A DNA stretch of 64,000 nucleotides from assembly GCA_963662655.2 (NCBI GenBank), contig CAXXTU010000002.1, positions 3,456,001-3,520,000 on the forward strand, read 5' to 3'. The notes beneath the pieces are model-generated. The model was not told the origin of the DNA, searched no databases, and saw only the letters and a list, made by a program, of their open reading frames with translations. Origin of the DNA: Candidatus Cloacimonadales bacterium. Lineage in GTDB: Bacteria; Cloacimonadota; Cloacimonadia; Cloacimonadales; JAIOQZ01. How positions within the stretch are numbered: the first letter of the stretch is position 1; the number at the start of each line of letters is the position of its first letter. Positions 48,829-59,784 of this stretch are shown here, one piece after another. The translations under genes and the position numbers were made by a program.

Positions 48829-50348
48829 GTAAGAAGCAACGTACGGCCATTACGCCGACGCGATTGGAAGATTATCCACAGTGGTATCTGAATGTCATCA
48901 AGGCCGCCGACCTCGCCGAGAACAGCGAAGTCCGCGGATGTATGGTGATCAAGCCCTGGGGCTATGCTATATGGGAAAATATACGTGACACGCTGGATCG
49001 GATGTTCAAGGAAACCGGGCATAAGAACGCCTACTTCCCGTTGTTCATCCCGAAATCATACTTTGAGCGCGAAGCCAAGCACGTGGAAGGCTTTGCGAAG
49101 GAATGTGCGGTGGTTACGCACTCTCGCCTCGAAGACGACGGCGAAGGCGGTCTGAAGGTTGCCGGCAAGCTCACCGAAGAGCTGATCGTGCGCCCCACAA
49201 GCGAGACCATTATCGGCGCTTCTTTCTCAAAATGGGTCAAGTCCTATCGTGATCTTCCGCTTTTGATCAACCAGTGGGCCAACGTTGTTCGCTGGGAGAT
49301 GCGCACGAGATTGTTCCTCCGGACAGCCGAGTTCCTGTGGCAGGAAGGCCACACGGTTCACGCTACCCGGGAAGACGCAGTGGAAGAAACGCTGCGAATG
49401 CTCGACGTCTACACCAAGTTTACGCAGGAGTGGCTCGCGATTCCGGTTATCAAGGGCGAAAAAACCGAATCCGAGAGATTCCCGGGCGCTGAAAACACCT
49501 ATACCTTCGAAGCCATGATGCAGGATCGCAAAGCGCTTCAGGCAGGGACCTCGCATTTCCTCGGACTCAACTTCGCGAAGGTTTTCGATATCAAGTTTCA
49601 GAACAAGGAAGGCGTGGAAGAATACGCCTGGACAACCTCATGGGGCGTTACGACCCGCCTGATCGGCGCGATGATCATGACGCACAGCGACGACGACGGA
49701 TTGGTTATTCCTCCGAGAGTCGCCCCCGCCCATATCGCGATCATTCCGATCTACCGCACCGAAGAGGAAGAAAAGGCGGTGATGGAATACATCGGACAGC
49801 TTACCGAAGGCTTGAAAGAGCAGCGTTACGACGGCAACAGGATTATCGTGGAAGTTGATAACCGCGACATGACCTCCAGCGAAAAAGGCTGGTACTGGAT
49901 CAAGAAAGGTATGCCGATTCGCGTTGAGGTCGGCCCGCGAGACATCGAGAACGGTTCCGTCTTCATGGGGCGTCGCGACCTCACACCGAAGGACAAGGTT
50001 TCCATTCAGATGGAGGAATTTGTCCGGACGGCTCCCCAGATACTGGAAGATATCCAGAACGCGATCTTCAATCGTGCGCTGGAATGCCAGAAAGAAAATA
50101 CGAGAGAAATAAACGACTGGAATAAATTCACGAAATTTTTCACACCGAAAAACGCGGACAAACCCGAGATTCACGGCGGTTTTGCGTACAGCCACTGGTG
50201 CGGTAGTGCCGAGTGCGAAGCAAAGGTCAAAGATGAATTAGGTGTAACGATCCGCGTTATACCTTCAGAAGGTGAATCGGAGCAGGGACGTTGCGTAGTT
50301 TGTGGGAAGCCCAGCAATCGCAGGGTTATCTACGCGAAGAGCTATTGA
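48825..50348 (+). CDS. proS: Proline--tRNA ligase (archaeal/eukaryotic-like type)
   Basis: RPTSET, QWANVVRWE, FLWQEGH, QAGTSH, C-terminal zinc domain ending AKSY. Confidence 0.97.
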   Translation: MSKKQRTAITPTRLEDYPQWYLNVIKAADLAENSEVRGCMVIKPWGYAIWENIRDTLDRMFKETGHKNAYFPLFIPKSYFEREAKHVEGFAKECAVVTHSRLEDDGEGGLKVAGKLTEELIVRPTSETIIGASFSKWVKSYRDLPLLINQWANVVRWEMRTRLFLRTAEFLWQEGHTVHATREDAVEETLRMLDVYTKFTQEWLAIPVIKGEKTESERFPGAENTYTFEAMMQDRKALQAGTSHFLGLNFAKVFDIKFQNKEGVEEYAWTTSWGVTTRLIGAMIMTHSDDDGLVIPPRVAPAHIAIIPIYRTEEEEKAVMEYIGQLTEGLKEQRYDGNRIIVEVDNRDMTSSEKGWYWIKKGMPIRVEVGPRDIENGSVFMGRRDLTPKDKVSIQMEEFVRTAPQILEDIQNAIFNRALECQKENTREINDWNKFTKFFTPKNADKPEIHGGFAYSHWCGSAECEAKVKDELGVTIRVIPSEGESEQGRCVVCGKPSNRRVIYAKSY

Positions 50349-50369
50349 TTCCCAAAGGTATATGTATAC

Positions 50370-51593
50370 ATGAAGACAGGCTTGATTACCATCGGCAACG
50401 AGATTCTGTCCGGGAAAACGGTTAACACCAATCTCGCATGGATCGGTTCCGAACTGATGCGCATCGGTTTGCGCGTCCACCGTTCCATGACGATCATGGA
50501 CAAGCCTGAAGATATCCGCAGCGCTCTCGAAGAAATGGTGGGCGAATGCGATCTGGTGCTTACGACCGGCGGACTCGGTCCCACCAAGGACGACATAACC
50601 AAGCAGGTGATCGCCGATTTCTTCAAGAAGCCGATGACCTTTTCCGAAGAGGTGTGGCGCCAGGTCAAAGAACGCTTTGAGGCCAGGCAGATCAAAATGC
50701 CGGAGATCAACCGCAATCAGGCGGAGCTTCCGGCAGATTTCGTTGCATTGAGGAATCCCTACGGAACAGCCCCGGGTCTTTTCTACGAGGCTGACGGAAA
50801 GATGTTCGTCGCGATGCCGGGCGTTCCGCACGAGATGAAGAAGATCATGCAGGATCATGTCCTGCCGCTGCTCGCGAAACGCTTCCCGGGGGGCCAGTAT
50901 CATATCGAATCCATTCATACGTCGGGCATTGCCGAGTCGCGCATTGCGGAACTCACCGACCACCTTGTCCTGCCTGAAGAGACCGAGCTTGCCTATCTGC
51001 CTCAGATGGGGCGTGTCTCGTTGCGTGTAACGGGAAAAAACGCCGATCGCGTGGCGGAAGTCAAGGCGGAGCTGGAAGCGATTCTTCAGGAGTGGATTTG
51101 GGGCTATGGTGACGAGACACCCGCCGAGAGAGCCCACGAGTTGTTCGTGCGCCAGGGAATTCAGGTCGCGTTTGCCGAGTCCTGCACCGGTGGATTGATC
51201 CAGAAACTTTTGTCGGATTTCCCGGGATCGTCTCATTACCTTGTCGGCGGTGTCGTCGCCTACAGTAATGAGGTCAAAGAGAGCATCCTGGGCGTTTCGC
51301 ACGAGACGCTCGAGAAATACGGCGCTGTCAGTCAAGAAACGGCCATCGAGATGGTCGATGGCGCGCATCGCGTATTCGGAGTCGAGTACGCCGGAGCCGT
51401 GACGGGGATTGCCGGCCCGGATGGAGGAACGTCGGAAAAGCCGGTCGGGCTTGTTTACATTTCGGTTTATTGCAACGGAAAGGTTTACACGGACAGATTA
51501 CAATTGATCGGGCCACGCGAAGTGGTGCGGAAAATAGCGGCTGAAAAACTACTGTTATTACTCATGAAGCATATCACGATCAGAGAGGTTTAA
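50370..51593 (+). CDS. cinA: CinA (MoCF-like domain + NMN deamidase PncC)
   Basis: IGNEILSG, TGGLGPT.DD.T, PGVP.EM, AESCTGG, TGIAGPDGG. Confidence 0.95.
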   Translation: MKTGLITIGNEILSGKTVNTNLAWIGSELMRIGLRVHRSMTIMDKPEDIRSALEEMVGECDLVLTTGGLGPTKDDITKQVIADFFKKPMTFSEEVWRQVKERFEARQIKMPEINRNQAELPADFVALRNPYGTAPGLFYEADGKMFVAMPGVPHEMKKIMQDHVLPLLAKRFPGGQYHIESIHTSGIAESRIAELTDHLVLPEETELAYLPQMGRVSLRVTGKNADRVAEVKAELEAILQEWIWGYGDETPAERAHELFVRQGIQVAFAESCTGGLIQKLLSDFPGSSHYLVGGVVAYSNEVKESILGVSHETLEKYGAVSQETAIEMVDGAHRVFGVEYAGAVTGIAGPDGGTSEKPVGLVYISVYCNGKVYTDRLQLIGPREVVRKIAAEKLLLLLMKHITIREV

Positions 51594-52846
51594 TGGGCAA
51601 AGTTCTTGTTATCGGCAGCGGAGGAAGGGAGCATGCGATCGCATGCGCTTTCAAGCGCAACGGCCATAAAACATATGTTTCTCCCGGCAATTTCGGTATG
51701 GTCGAGGACGTGATCCTCGTACCCGCAATGGATTTCCCGGCTACGGTGGAATATGTGAAAGCAAACGCGATCGACCTCGTGTTTGTGGGACCGGAACAAC
51801 CGCTGTCCGAAGGAATTGCAGATTACCTTCAGGAGAATGGCATTGCCGTAATCGGACCGAGCAGGGCTGCGGCGCGCATCGAGAGCAGCAAGGCTTTCGC
51901 GAAGAATCTCATGCAGCGCTACGGTATTCCCACTGCTGCATACCGATCTTTCGACCGCCTTGAGGAAGCAGACGCGTATCTGAAGGATTCAGCCTATCCG
52001 CAGGTTATCAAGGCGGACGGACTTGCAGCGGGTAAGGGCGTGGTTATCGCGCAGGACTACAAAGAGGCGAAATCCGCGCTCGAGGCGATGATGCAGGATC
52101 AGGTGTTCGGCGAATCGGGCAGCCGCGTGGTGATCGAAGAATTCATGCGGGGTTGGGAGGCTTCGGTGTTCGCTTTCACCGACGGCGAGAATTTTGTTTC
52201 GACGATATTCTCCCAGGATCACAAGCCGCTTCTCGATGGCGACAAGGGCCCGAATACCGGCGGGATGGGTGCATACGCACCTGTGAAGTCGGCAGAGAAG
52301 TACCGCGACGAAGTGAATCGGAAGATATTCGCCCCGACCTTGAAGGCGATGCGGGAAGAGGGATGCCCCTATAAGGGCGTGCTCTATGCCGGCTTGATGA
52401 TAACCGACGAAGGCCCGAAGGTGGTCGAGTTCAACTGCCGGTTCGGCGACCCCGAGACCGAGGTTGTTTTACCGCTCCTCAAGACAGATTTATTTGCGAT
52501 TTCGAGGGCAATTCTTGACGGAAAGATTAGTAAAATAGATATTGAATGGGAACCGGCCTATGCCGTGACGGTGGTTGCCGCATCCGGCGGATATCCCGGA
52601 AAATACGAAAAGAACATTACGATCGAGTTCAACGATGGGTTGCTTCGAGGCGACCATCACAAGATATTTTTTGCCGGCGTTAAACGGCAGGGACAGGATC
52701 TTGTGACGTCGGGCGGAAGGGTGATGATGGTTACCGCGATTGCGGAATCTCTCGACCTTGCCCGGGAAATTGCGTACCGTGATATCGAGAAGGTACGGTT
52801 CGCCAATATGCAATACCGAAAGGATATTGGGAGTAAGGGATACTGA
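51593..52846 (+). CDS. purD: Phosphoribosylamine--glycine ligase
   Basis: GSGGREHA, KADGLAAGKGV, GPNTGGMG, EFNCRFGDPE. Confidence 0.98.
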   Translation: MGKVLVIGSGGREHAIACAFKRNGHKTYVSPGNFGMVEDVILVPAMDFPATVEYVKANAIDLVFVGPEQPLSEGIADYLQENGIAVIGPSRAAARIESSKAFAKNLMQRYGIPTAAYRSFDRLEEADAYLKDSAYPQVIKADGLAAGKGVVIAQDYKEAKSALEAMMQDQVFGESGSRVVIEEFMRGWEASVFAFTDGENFVSTIFSQDHKPLLDGDKGPNTGGMGAYAPVKSAEKYRDEVNRKIFAPTLKAMREEGCPYKGVLYAGLMITDEGPKVVEFNCRFGDPETEVVLPLLKTDLFAISRAILDGKISKIDIEWEPAYAVTVVAASGGYPGKYEKNITIEFNDGLLRGDHHKIFFAGVKRQGQDLVTSGGRVMMVTAIAESLDLAREIAYRDIEKVRFANMQYRKDIGSKGY

Positions 52847-52873
52847 TGTGAGTCAGTATCTGTGAGGTTATTC

Positions 52874-55800
52874 ATGAATCGATTGAATTTATTGCTCATT
52901 GCTTTGATGATGTTTGCGATCACTTGCTCGCTTGCCGCTGCTGCGTTTGAAGTGATCGATATGTCCGCGACACAAATCACGCTGAAGTTCACGCTGCCCG
53001 AGATCGAATACCGTGACGTGGTACATGAAGGCGTGACGTACCAGGACGTTCGTGTCAATGGATCGTTGCTCTATGGAGAAGAAGGCTATCCCAGGCTTCC
53101 GTATTTCGCTGAAATGATCGGGCTTCCGGTCAATGGGAGCTATTCTCTTCAGCTTGTCCGGCAGAAGACGGAAACGGTAACGGGTGTAACGCCTGTTCCT
53201 GTCGAGAAATTCATACCTGACGAGGAGAATCCGGGAACTGAGTTTTACCGAAACAATCTGGCGTATGCCAGCAAATCACCGTATCCTGCTACCATACTCG
53301 AGAAAGGCAATGAAGGCTTCATGGGCGATCACCGGTTTGCCGGAGTTATCTTCAACCCCGTGCGATACAAGGCATCGAGTAACGAACTTTATATCACGAA
53401 GGAAGCTGTCGTTCGGATCAATATTTCGGGAGATACCACTCCATCCAGGAATTGGGAGCTCTATAACAGAAATTCCAGTTCGATGGTCGACAAGCTTTTC
53501 ATCAATAATCAGTATGCCAAGAAGTGGACAAAGCAGCGCGAAAAAGCAGAGCATTACCAATCCCATCGGAGCAATGCCGTCGACGAACTGCAAATTGTCG
53601 TAGATGAAGACGGTATATACCGAATCAATTATAGCGATCTTGCGGATTCCCTTGCTTCTTACCAGGACAGCCTGGGTTTCTCGACAACATTACAATGGGA
53701 AACCCTGGATCCGAGATACTTATCCCTGTCTAACGAATATGGCCCGGTTCCAATTTACATATCCGGTGAAAACGATGGATCGTTTGATGAGGATGATTTC
53801 ATTGAATTCTATGGTGAACGTCATGCCGGAGATGAAGGCTACTTCGATGAATATACCGAAGAAAACGTTTATACATTGAAGATAGGCAGTGAACTCGGCG
53901 CGCGAATGGCTGTGGAAAATGGTGGTTTGGTTGTTTATGACGAGGACGACTATATCGTACCGCAGTCTTACGAGCAGACAGTTCATGTCGAGCAGCAGAA
54001 TGGTTTTGCGCGTCTCGGTTTTTACAACGAAGACTATCGTGAAGACATGTGGGTATGGCGATCGATATTAGCGCCCAACCTGGACATCGTTCCATTCGAA
54101 TTACAATATCCGCACATGTCAACGACAAGGGCCTTCCATGCAAGCGTAATGTTAATCGGTAACTCGCACCCAACGGACGTGAATCCCGACCATCATGCGG
54201 TTGTTCGTATCAATTCCACGATGATCGGTACAGAATGGTGGGATGGGCAGAAAGAACAGCTTTTCGAAGATGACAGGTTCCTTGCCAACAGTTTCTTGAA
54301 TCATGGAGAGAATTACCTTTACATCAGTCTCGCAGGGGACACAGGAGCAAAACAGGAACAGGTATCCCTTGACTATCTGGAATTGACATACTGGCGTCTT
54401 TATCAAACGGATGAGGATTTCATTCGTTTCACAAAGCCATCAAACAAGCCTTTTGGAACATATCAGTTTGAAATCGGCGGTTTCGCATCCGATGATATTT
54501 CGGTTTACAAGATTGGCTCGAGTTTGATGGAGAACCCATCCATCGAACCGTTTTCAGAGACGGGCGAAGCCCCATACACACTAAAATTCCAGGATGATAT
54601 CCAAGAGAATGGAATTGAATACTTTGCCGTGGCAAACAGCGAAAAGAAGAAGGCCAAATTCATCCACCCGAATATCCCATCTAACCTCAAAAGCCCGGAT
54701 CATTTTGCTAATTATGTCATTATCACGCCTTCGAAATTTGTCGAAAACGAAGGAACGCAGCTTTTGAAATCTGTTTGGGAGCAATATGGATACAGTTTGT
54801 ACAACATGCCAGTCTCGGTTGAGATCGTTGCTGTTGAAGACATCTTTGACGAATTCAACCACGGGATTCGATCGGCAGAGTCAATCAAAGACTTCCTCCG
54901 ATATGCTTATAACAACTGGAACCTCCCTGAGAATGGAGGAACGAACGGGTTGACGCATGCGTTGCTTCTTGGAGAAGGAACTTTTGATGAAAGAGATGAC
55001 TCAAGCTATCGCCACTACAATATGGTACCGGTTAAGCTCTTGTGGACTGAGCAATACGGAGCAACAGCAAGCGATAACTGGTATGGTTGTTTTATCGGAG
55101 ACGATGGTGTCCCCGAAATTCATATTGGTCGCCTCAATGTCTGGCAGCCGCAGCAGGTTATCGATGTTGCGGAAAAGACAAGAGATTATATCGAGAACCC
55201 GGACTACGACAACATGTGGCATTCCAGATTGATCTACGCGGCTGGCGGTAAAATCAAAGATTCGGATGACAGGTTCGCCACGCAAAGCGAGGGAATTATC
55301 AACACCTTTGTTCCTGAGCGCTTTGAAGCGAATCGAGTATACACGGTGACAAAGACCGTCCCACAGGAATTCTTTGGTGGTACGATCGTCTTGAAGGATT
55401 ATCTTGAGCAGGGCGCGCTTTTTCTTCAGTTTATGGGTCATGGCGGCGGACGTATTTGGGCGGACTACGATCTCCTGAATAGTTCGGATGTTGTTTCTTT
55501 GACAAATGGGAACTATCCCTTTGTCAGCAGCATGGCTTGTTATTGTTCAGCATTCGATACGGGTGGAATGGTCTCAATCTCTGAGGTGTTTACCATGACG
55601 CCAGGTAGTGGCGCAATCGGCCATGTCGGATTCTCCGGATATGGGTATTTGTCTGCCGACCTCTCTTTCAGCCAATATTTGAACGACGGTTTGTTCAATA
55701 AAGGAATCATGAATACGGGCGAGTTGATCACGTATGTGAAATCCAAAATGTGGGCGAACACTACTTACGCATCATCAACGCGCTATGCCATGACGTATGG

Positions 55801-57859
55801 CGCTGTGCTCTCGGGAGACCCGATGATCAAGCTGAACGTACCGGCCCGAGAGGTTGATGTGACGCTCGACGACTATACGCCATCGGAAGGCGACGTTATA
55901 CAGATAACGGCAAATATGGGTACGGATATTGTCGCTGCAACATTCCAGATTTTCGATGAGGAAGACGTGAGGCTCAATGTGCCATTCCCGGCAGTTGTGA
56001 ATAATGGGGTTTTTCAGGCATCGTACGCAGTTCCTCCCAATTCGAGTAATATGTATCAGCGCACGGTGAAGGTTGTCGGATACGGCGTGAACGGAGAAGC
56101 CTCCGGTGTTACGCACTTCAGTGTTGGGAAATCAGCGATAGCAAACCGCGAACTTGTTCCTGAGCTGCCAACGGAAGCCGACGATGTGGAGATTCGAGCT
56201 AATTTCTTCGATGAACAGGGGGTTGCTCAGGTTCAGTGTAATTGGTTTGGGGGGCAGCAAAGCGGTCAGGAGCAAATGACCTACTCGTCCAGTGACGCGA
56301 TCTGGAAAACGGAAAACAAGTTACCGGCAATGGCGACGAATACGACTGTTATCTATACCTTCACGATCGTAGACAGCGAAGGAGATTCACTGGTGTCCGA
56401 GCAATACAGCTACAAAGTGGCTGGCCCTGATTTGCGCCTCTTGGGAATCGAGAACGGGGAATTGAATCATGCACCTTCTTTGCAAGTTCTTATTCGTAAC
56501 AACGGGCAGATCAAGGCGCCAGAGGCATCGGTGAAATTGTATCAGGATGTTGGCGTTTCCCACCGCCTTATTTTGCTGGCGACATCGTGGAGTCCTGAGA
56601 TAGAACCGGAAGGTCAGGAATTTGTTGATCTTAAATTGCCGATGGAGTCGGGTACTTTCAAGTATGTCGTTGCGGTGAACGAGGAGAAAAGCTTCACCGA
56701 ATCTGAATATGTAGAAAACGAGTCATCGTTCTATTATACAATGAATCCTTTCATGCTTACCTTTGACAATCTAACTGCCGGAACCCTGGACGGTAACATG
56801 GAGGTTCAGATTCCGAACGGTGTTTTCCCCGATAGTACGGTTGGGTCTTTTGGAATCGTTGAAGACATCGATGTACTCAGTATGCCCGACATCGAAAATG
56901 TGACAATGCGTGACAGCCTGGCATCGAAAGCCTATAAGATATATTTGTTCAACGATGAGCTTCTTGCAGATTCAACCGGTACCCTGCCGGGTAACGCAAA
57001 AATGAAACTCTCATTCAAGTATGCCGGAGGGGATCCGGTCAATATGCAACGTGAGGGAGAAAATCGGTTCCATGTCTATCGGTGGGAAGACGATTACAAG
57101 AAGTGGGTCAATGTCGGTGGAATGACGTCTGTGACCGATAACCGGGTCATGGCGGAAGTCAATCGAATGGGGACTTACTGCCTGTTCTATAACGGCGATA
57201 CGACGATACCCCAGATTGAGGCGAATGTGGAAGACCAGGAGTTCACGCAAGGCGGATACATCTCAGGGAAAGGCGTGATCTCATTCACATGCGCGGACGC
57301 GAACGGAATCGATGTCTTCGACCATCCGATAAAATTGTATCTCGACGGGCAGCAACTTCCTGCTTCGGCATATACGCTGACCGCGGTTTCCGGGAACCTG
57401 AATTCAGTGCCGCTGAAATACCCGCTGGACCTCGAACAGGGAAGCTACACGCTTCTGATAAGTTGTAGCGACCTCAACGGTAATTACAATGAACGAACGA
57501 TTCCGTTCAAGGTGAATACGGAATTCGATGTGATCAATGTGGCGAATTACCCCAATCCGGTTATCTCGAACGCAGTCCACCGCGACAATGTAGGAAGAAC
57601 TCGTTTCACCTATGTGCTTACGGACGATGCCGACGACGTAAAGATAAAGATTTACACCGTGAGCGGTCGCTTGGTGAAAACGTTCCAAAACCTGCCAACC
57701 TCGGTTGGCTACCACGAGTATCCTCGCACGACCAAGGGTTGGGATTGTAGAGATAACGACGAAGAATACCTGGCGAACGGTGTCTATTTTTATAAATTTA
57801 TTGCCAAAAAGGGCTCGAAGAAAATCGAGAAGACCTGCAAGATGGCAATTCTAAAATAA
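52874..57859 (+). CDS. Large C25 (gingipain-family) cysteine peptidase, PorU-like, with propeptide, CARDB and C-terminal sorting domain
   Basis: Signal peptide; propeptide GYPRLP; IFDEFNHG, SDNWY, IGRL, catalytic FMGHGG and SMAC, GDP; CTD NYPNP...IYTVSGRLV...WD.RD...LANGVYFYK. Confidence 0.85.
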   Translation: MNRLNLLLIALMMFAITCSLAAAAFEVIDMSATQITLKFTLPEIEYRDVVHEGVTYQDVRVNGSLLYGEEGYPRLPYFAEMIGLPVNGSYSLQLVRQKTETVTGVTPVPVEKFIPDEENPGTEFYRNNLAYASKSPYPATILEKGNEGFMGDHRFAGVIFNPVRYKASSNELYITKEAVVRINISGDTTPSRNWELYNRNSSSMVDKLFINNQYAKKWTKQREKAEHYQSHRSNAVDELQIVVDEDGIYRINYSDLADSLASYQDSLGFSTTLQWETLDPRYLSLSNEYGPVPIYISGENDGSFDEDDFIEFYGERHAGDEGYFDEYTEENVYTLKIGSELGARMAVENGGLVVYDEDDYIVPQSYEQTVHVEQQNGFARLGFYNEDYREDMWVWRSILAPNLDIVPFELQYPHMSTTRAFHASVMLIGNSHPTDVNPDHHAVVRINSTMIGTEWWDGQKEQLFEDDRFLANSFLNHGENYLYISLAGDTGAKQEQVSLDYLELTYWRLYQTDEDFIRFTKPSNKPFGTYQFEIGGFASDDISVYKIGSSLMENPSIEPFSETGEAPYTLKFQDDIQENGIEYFAVANSEKKKAKFIHPNIPSNLKSPDHFANYVIITPSKFVENEGTQLLKSVWEQYGYSLYNMPVSVEIVAVEDIFDEFNHGIRSAESIKDFLRYAYNNWNLPENGGTNGLTHALLLGEGTFDERDDSSYRHYNMVPVKLLWTEQYGATASDNWYGCFIGDDGVPEIHIGRLNVWQPQQVIDVAEKTRDYIENPDYDNMWHSRLIYAAGGKIKDSDDRFATQSEGIINTFVPERFEANRVYTVTKTVPQEFFGGTIVLKDYLEQGALFLQFMGHGGGRIWADYDLLNSSDVVSLTNGNYPFVSSMACYCSAFDTGGMVSISEVFTMTPGSGAIGHVGFSGYGYLSADLSFSQYLNDGLFNKGIMNTGELITYVKSKMWANTTYASSTRYAMTYGAVLSGDPMIKLNVPAREVDVTLDDYTPSEGDVIQITANMGTDIVAATFQIFDEEDVRLNVPFPAVVNNGVFQASYAVPPNSSNMYQRTVKVVGYGVNGEASGVTHFSVGKSAIANRELVPELPTEADDVEIRANFFDEQGVAQVQCNWFGGQQSGQEQMTYSSSDAIWKTENKLPAMATNTTVIYTFTIVDSEGDSLVSEQYSYKVAGPDLRLLGIENGELNHAPSLQVLIRNNGQIKAPEASVKLYQDVGVSHRLILLATSWSPEIEPEGQEFVDLKLPMESGTFKYVVAVNEEKSFTESEYVENESSFYYTMNPFMLTFDNLTAGTLDGNMEVQIPNGVFPDSTVGSFGIVEDIDVLSMPDIENVTMRDSLASKAYKIYLFNDELLADSTGTLPGNAKMKLSFKYAGGDPVNMQREGENRFHVYRWEDDYKKWVNVGGMTSVTDNRVMAEVNRMGTYCLFYNGDTTIPQIEANVEDQEFTQGGYISGKGVISFTCADANGIDVFDHPIKLYLDGQQLPASAYTLTAVSGNLNSVPLKYPLDLEQGSYTLLISCSDLNGNYNERTIPFKVNTEFDVINVANYPNPVISNAVHRDNVGRTRFTYVLTDDADDVKIKIYTVSGRLVKTFQNLPTSVGYHEYPRTTKGWDCRDNDEEYLANGVYFYKFIAKKGSKKIEKTCKMAILK

Positions 57860-57873
57860 TGGAGAAAATCGAT

Positions 57874-58881
57874 ATGAAGAAGCGATTTCTGCTGCTGGTG
57901 TTTGTCATGATAGCCGGCTTCCTGTTTGCTGGTCGTTACGCGGGGGATTTCATGGCCATTGGTTCCGGCGTTCGTCCATTGGGAATGGGGGGCGCTTATT
58001 CCGCGATTGCGGACAACGGTGTGGCAATCTATTGGAATCCTGCGGGGCTGGCCCAGAGAAAGAAATCTGAGCTGAGTTTCATGCACGCCTTCTTGTACAA
58101 GGATCTGGCGACGTACGATAATCTTACGTTTGCCCAGCCTTTGCCAAGCGAGGTAACGATTGCCCTGAACTGGACGCGACTGACAATCGATGATATCCCA
58201 TACTACGACGAGAAGTATCTTCTCGGAACGACTGTCGACCAGCGCTCGTCCGACCCCGATCTTCATCTTCCGGGGCAGACAGAGGAATATTTCAAGAGCC
58301 TTGACGACATGTATCAGTTTGCTTTCTCGAAGAGCCTTCATTCCGATATCAACCTCGGCTGGCTTTTCTTTGAGCTTCCAGTTGACATCAACTTCGGGGG
58401 TAACATCAAGTATATCAAGCGGGAGTTGAGGGACGGCATGGGAAGCGGCATGGGTTTCGACGTTGCCGTAATGCTCAAGACGGACCTCGCGGTTCTTCTA
58501 GACGTTAAGGGGCTTGGTTTCTTCTCGGCAGCAGTGAATTTTAAAGATATTGGCGGAACTACGATTACCTGGGATACCGAATCGGACCACGAAGACGAGA
58601 TTATGCAATCAACCAAGACGGGTTATGCAATAACACAGCCGATTCCTCAATGGAAGTCCAAATTCATCCTTGCAATGGATGTTGACTACGAATATAAAGA
58701 TATCTATCATTATGGCGCAGAATGGGAGTACGATGAAACACTCGCGTTTCGCGCAGGATATTATGACGAGAATTTCTCCAGTGGCGTTTCGTTGATGTTC
58801 TGGAACTTTGCCCTGGACTATGCTTTTGTGACCAACGTTCTTGGCGATACGCATCGCGTTGGGATCAAATTCATCTATTAG
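57874..58881 (+). CDS. PorV/PorQ-like outer-membrane beta-barrel
   Basis: F..IG.G.R.LGMGGAY.AIAD...AIYWNPAGL, LAFRAGY, LDYAF...LG.THR; immediately follows the C25 gene. Confidence 0.8.
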   Translation: MKKRFLLLVFVMIAGFLFAGRYAGDFMAIGSGVRPLGMGGAYSAIADNGVAIYWNPAGLAQRKKSELSFMHAFLYKDLATYDNLTFAQPLPSEVTIALNWTRLTIDDIPYYDEKYLLGTTVDQRSSDPDLHLPGQTEEYFKSLDDMYQFAFSKSLHSDINLGWLFFELPVDINFGGNIKYIKRELRDGMGSGMGFDVAVMLKTDLAVLLDVKGLGFFSAAVNFKDIGGTTITWDTESDHEDEIMQSTKTGYAITQPIPQWKSKFILAMDVDYEYKDIYHYGAEWEYDETLAFRAGYYDENFSSGVSLMFWNFALDYAFVTNVLGDTHRVGIKFIY

Positions 58882-58900
58882 CGATGAAAAGGAGATGAAT

Positions 58901-59722
58901 ATGGTGCGCCTGCTTGTTCTGCTGTTTTCCATTTCAGTCATTTTTATGGGATGTACGGGGGAAGAATCAACGGAAGTCGATCGTACGCCTCCCTACAAGC
59001 CTGACTTATTGCATCATTTGGGTGATTCCGGCGATGGCGGAATCGTGTATGATATCGATTATCCAGAAGGACCGCAACAGGTTATCATCGAAGACCTGAA
59101 TGATGATAACAACGGTATCGATGCTGTTGCCGGAGGAGACTGGATTCGTCTTCAGTGGGCTCCCTTCGCGGACAGCGACGTCGACGTCGTGAAAATCTGG
59201 CGATACAGAGAAACAGCTTTTGGCATCGATGGCCTTGTAACGGTTGATACGGTCCGCGCTTCCGAGGGTGTAACCTATCTCGATACTTCGCTTGATGATC
59301 CGGAGAACACGGCAATAAACAACCAGTGGTTTTACTACTTGGACGCATATGATACATCCGGCAACCACACGATTTCCGACACAGTTAGCTATTACCTGTG
59401 CGAGAAGGCGTCGCCGATAGAACCTGCTTATTCTCAAGAGATTGCATCCAGTGATTTGTCGTTTACCTGGCGCGTTTTGAGTAGCGGTTCCGTATCAATG
59501 TATCGAGTGATGCTGTTTGATGAGAATGGTTCACTGATATGGTGGTATAACGAAAATGATACCGATCCGGAAAGTGGATCTTACTTGACTGTCAATTATA
59601 ATGGAAACATACTTTTCGACGGTACATATTGGTGGCGAGTCGATGCATTCGGAGAGTTTGATCCAAGTCAGGTGTCGGGTTCGGGATCGGAATCAAATGA
59701 GATTGAATTCTATATCCAGTGA
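58901..59722 (+). CDS. Lipoprotein with Fn3/Ig-like repeats
   Basis: Lipobox FMGC, DRTPP, AYDTSGN, YWWRVDA; SD AAGGAG. Confidence 0.75.
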   Translation: MVRLLVLLFSISVIFMGCTGEESTEVDRTPPYKPDLLHHLGDSGDGGIVYDIDYPEGPQQVIIEDLNDDNNGIDAVAGGDWIRLQWAPFADSDVDVVKIWRYRETAFGIDGLVTVDTVRASEGVTYLDTSLDDPENTAINNQWFYYLDAYDTSGNHTISDTVSYYLCEKASPIEPAYSQEIASSDLSFTWRVLSSGSVSMYRVMLFDENGSLIWWYNENDTDPESGSYLTVNYNGNILFDGTYWWRVDAFGEFDPSQVSGSGSESNEIEFYIQ

Positions 59723-59784
59723 CAAAATACTTGACGTTGGGGGTTGTTATGAACTTTTTTGATAAAATTCGGGAAGAGGTGATT

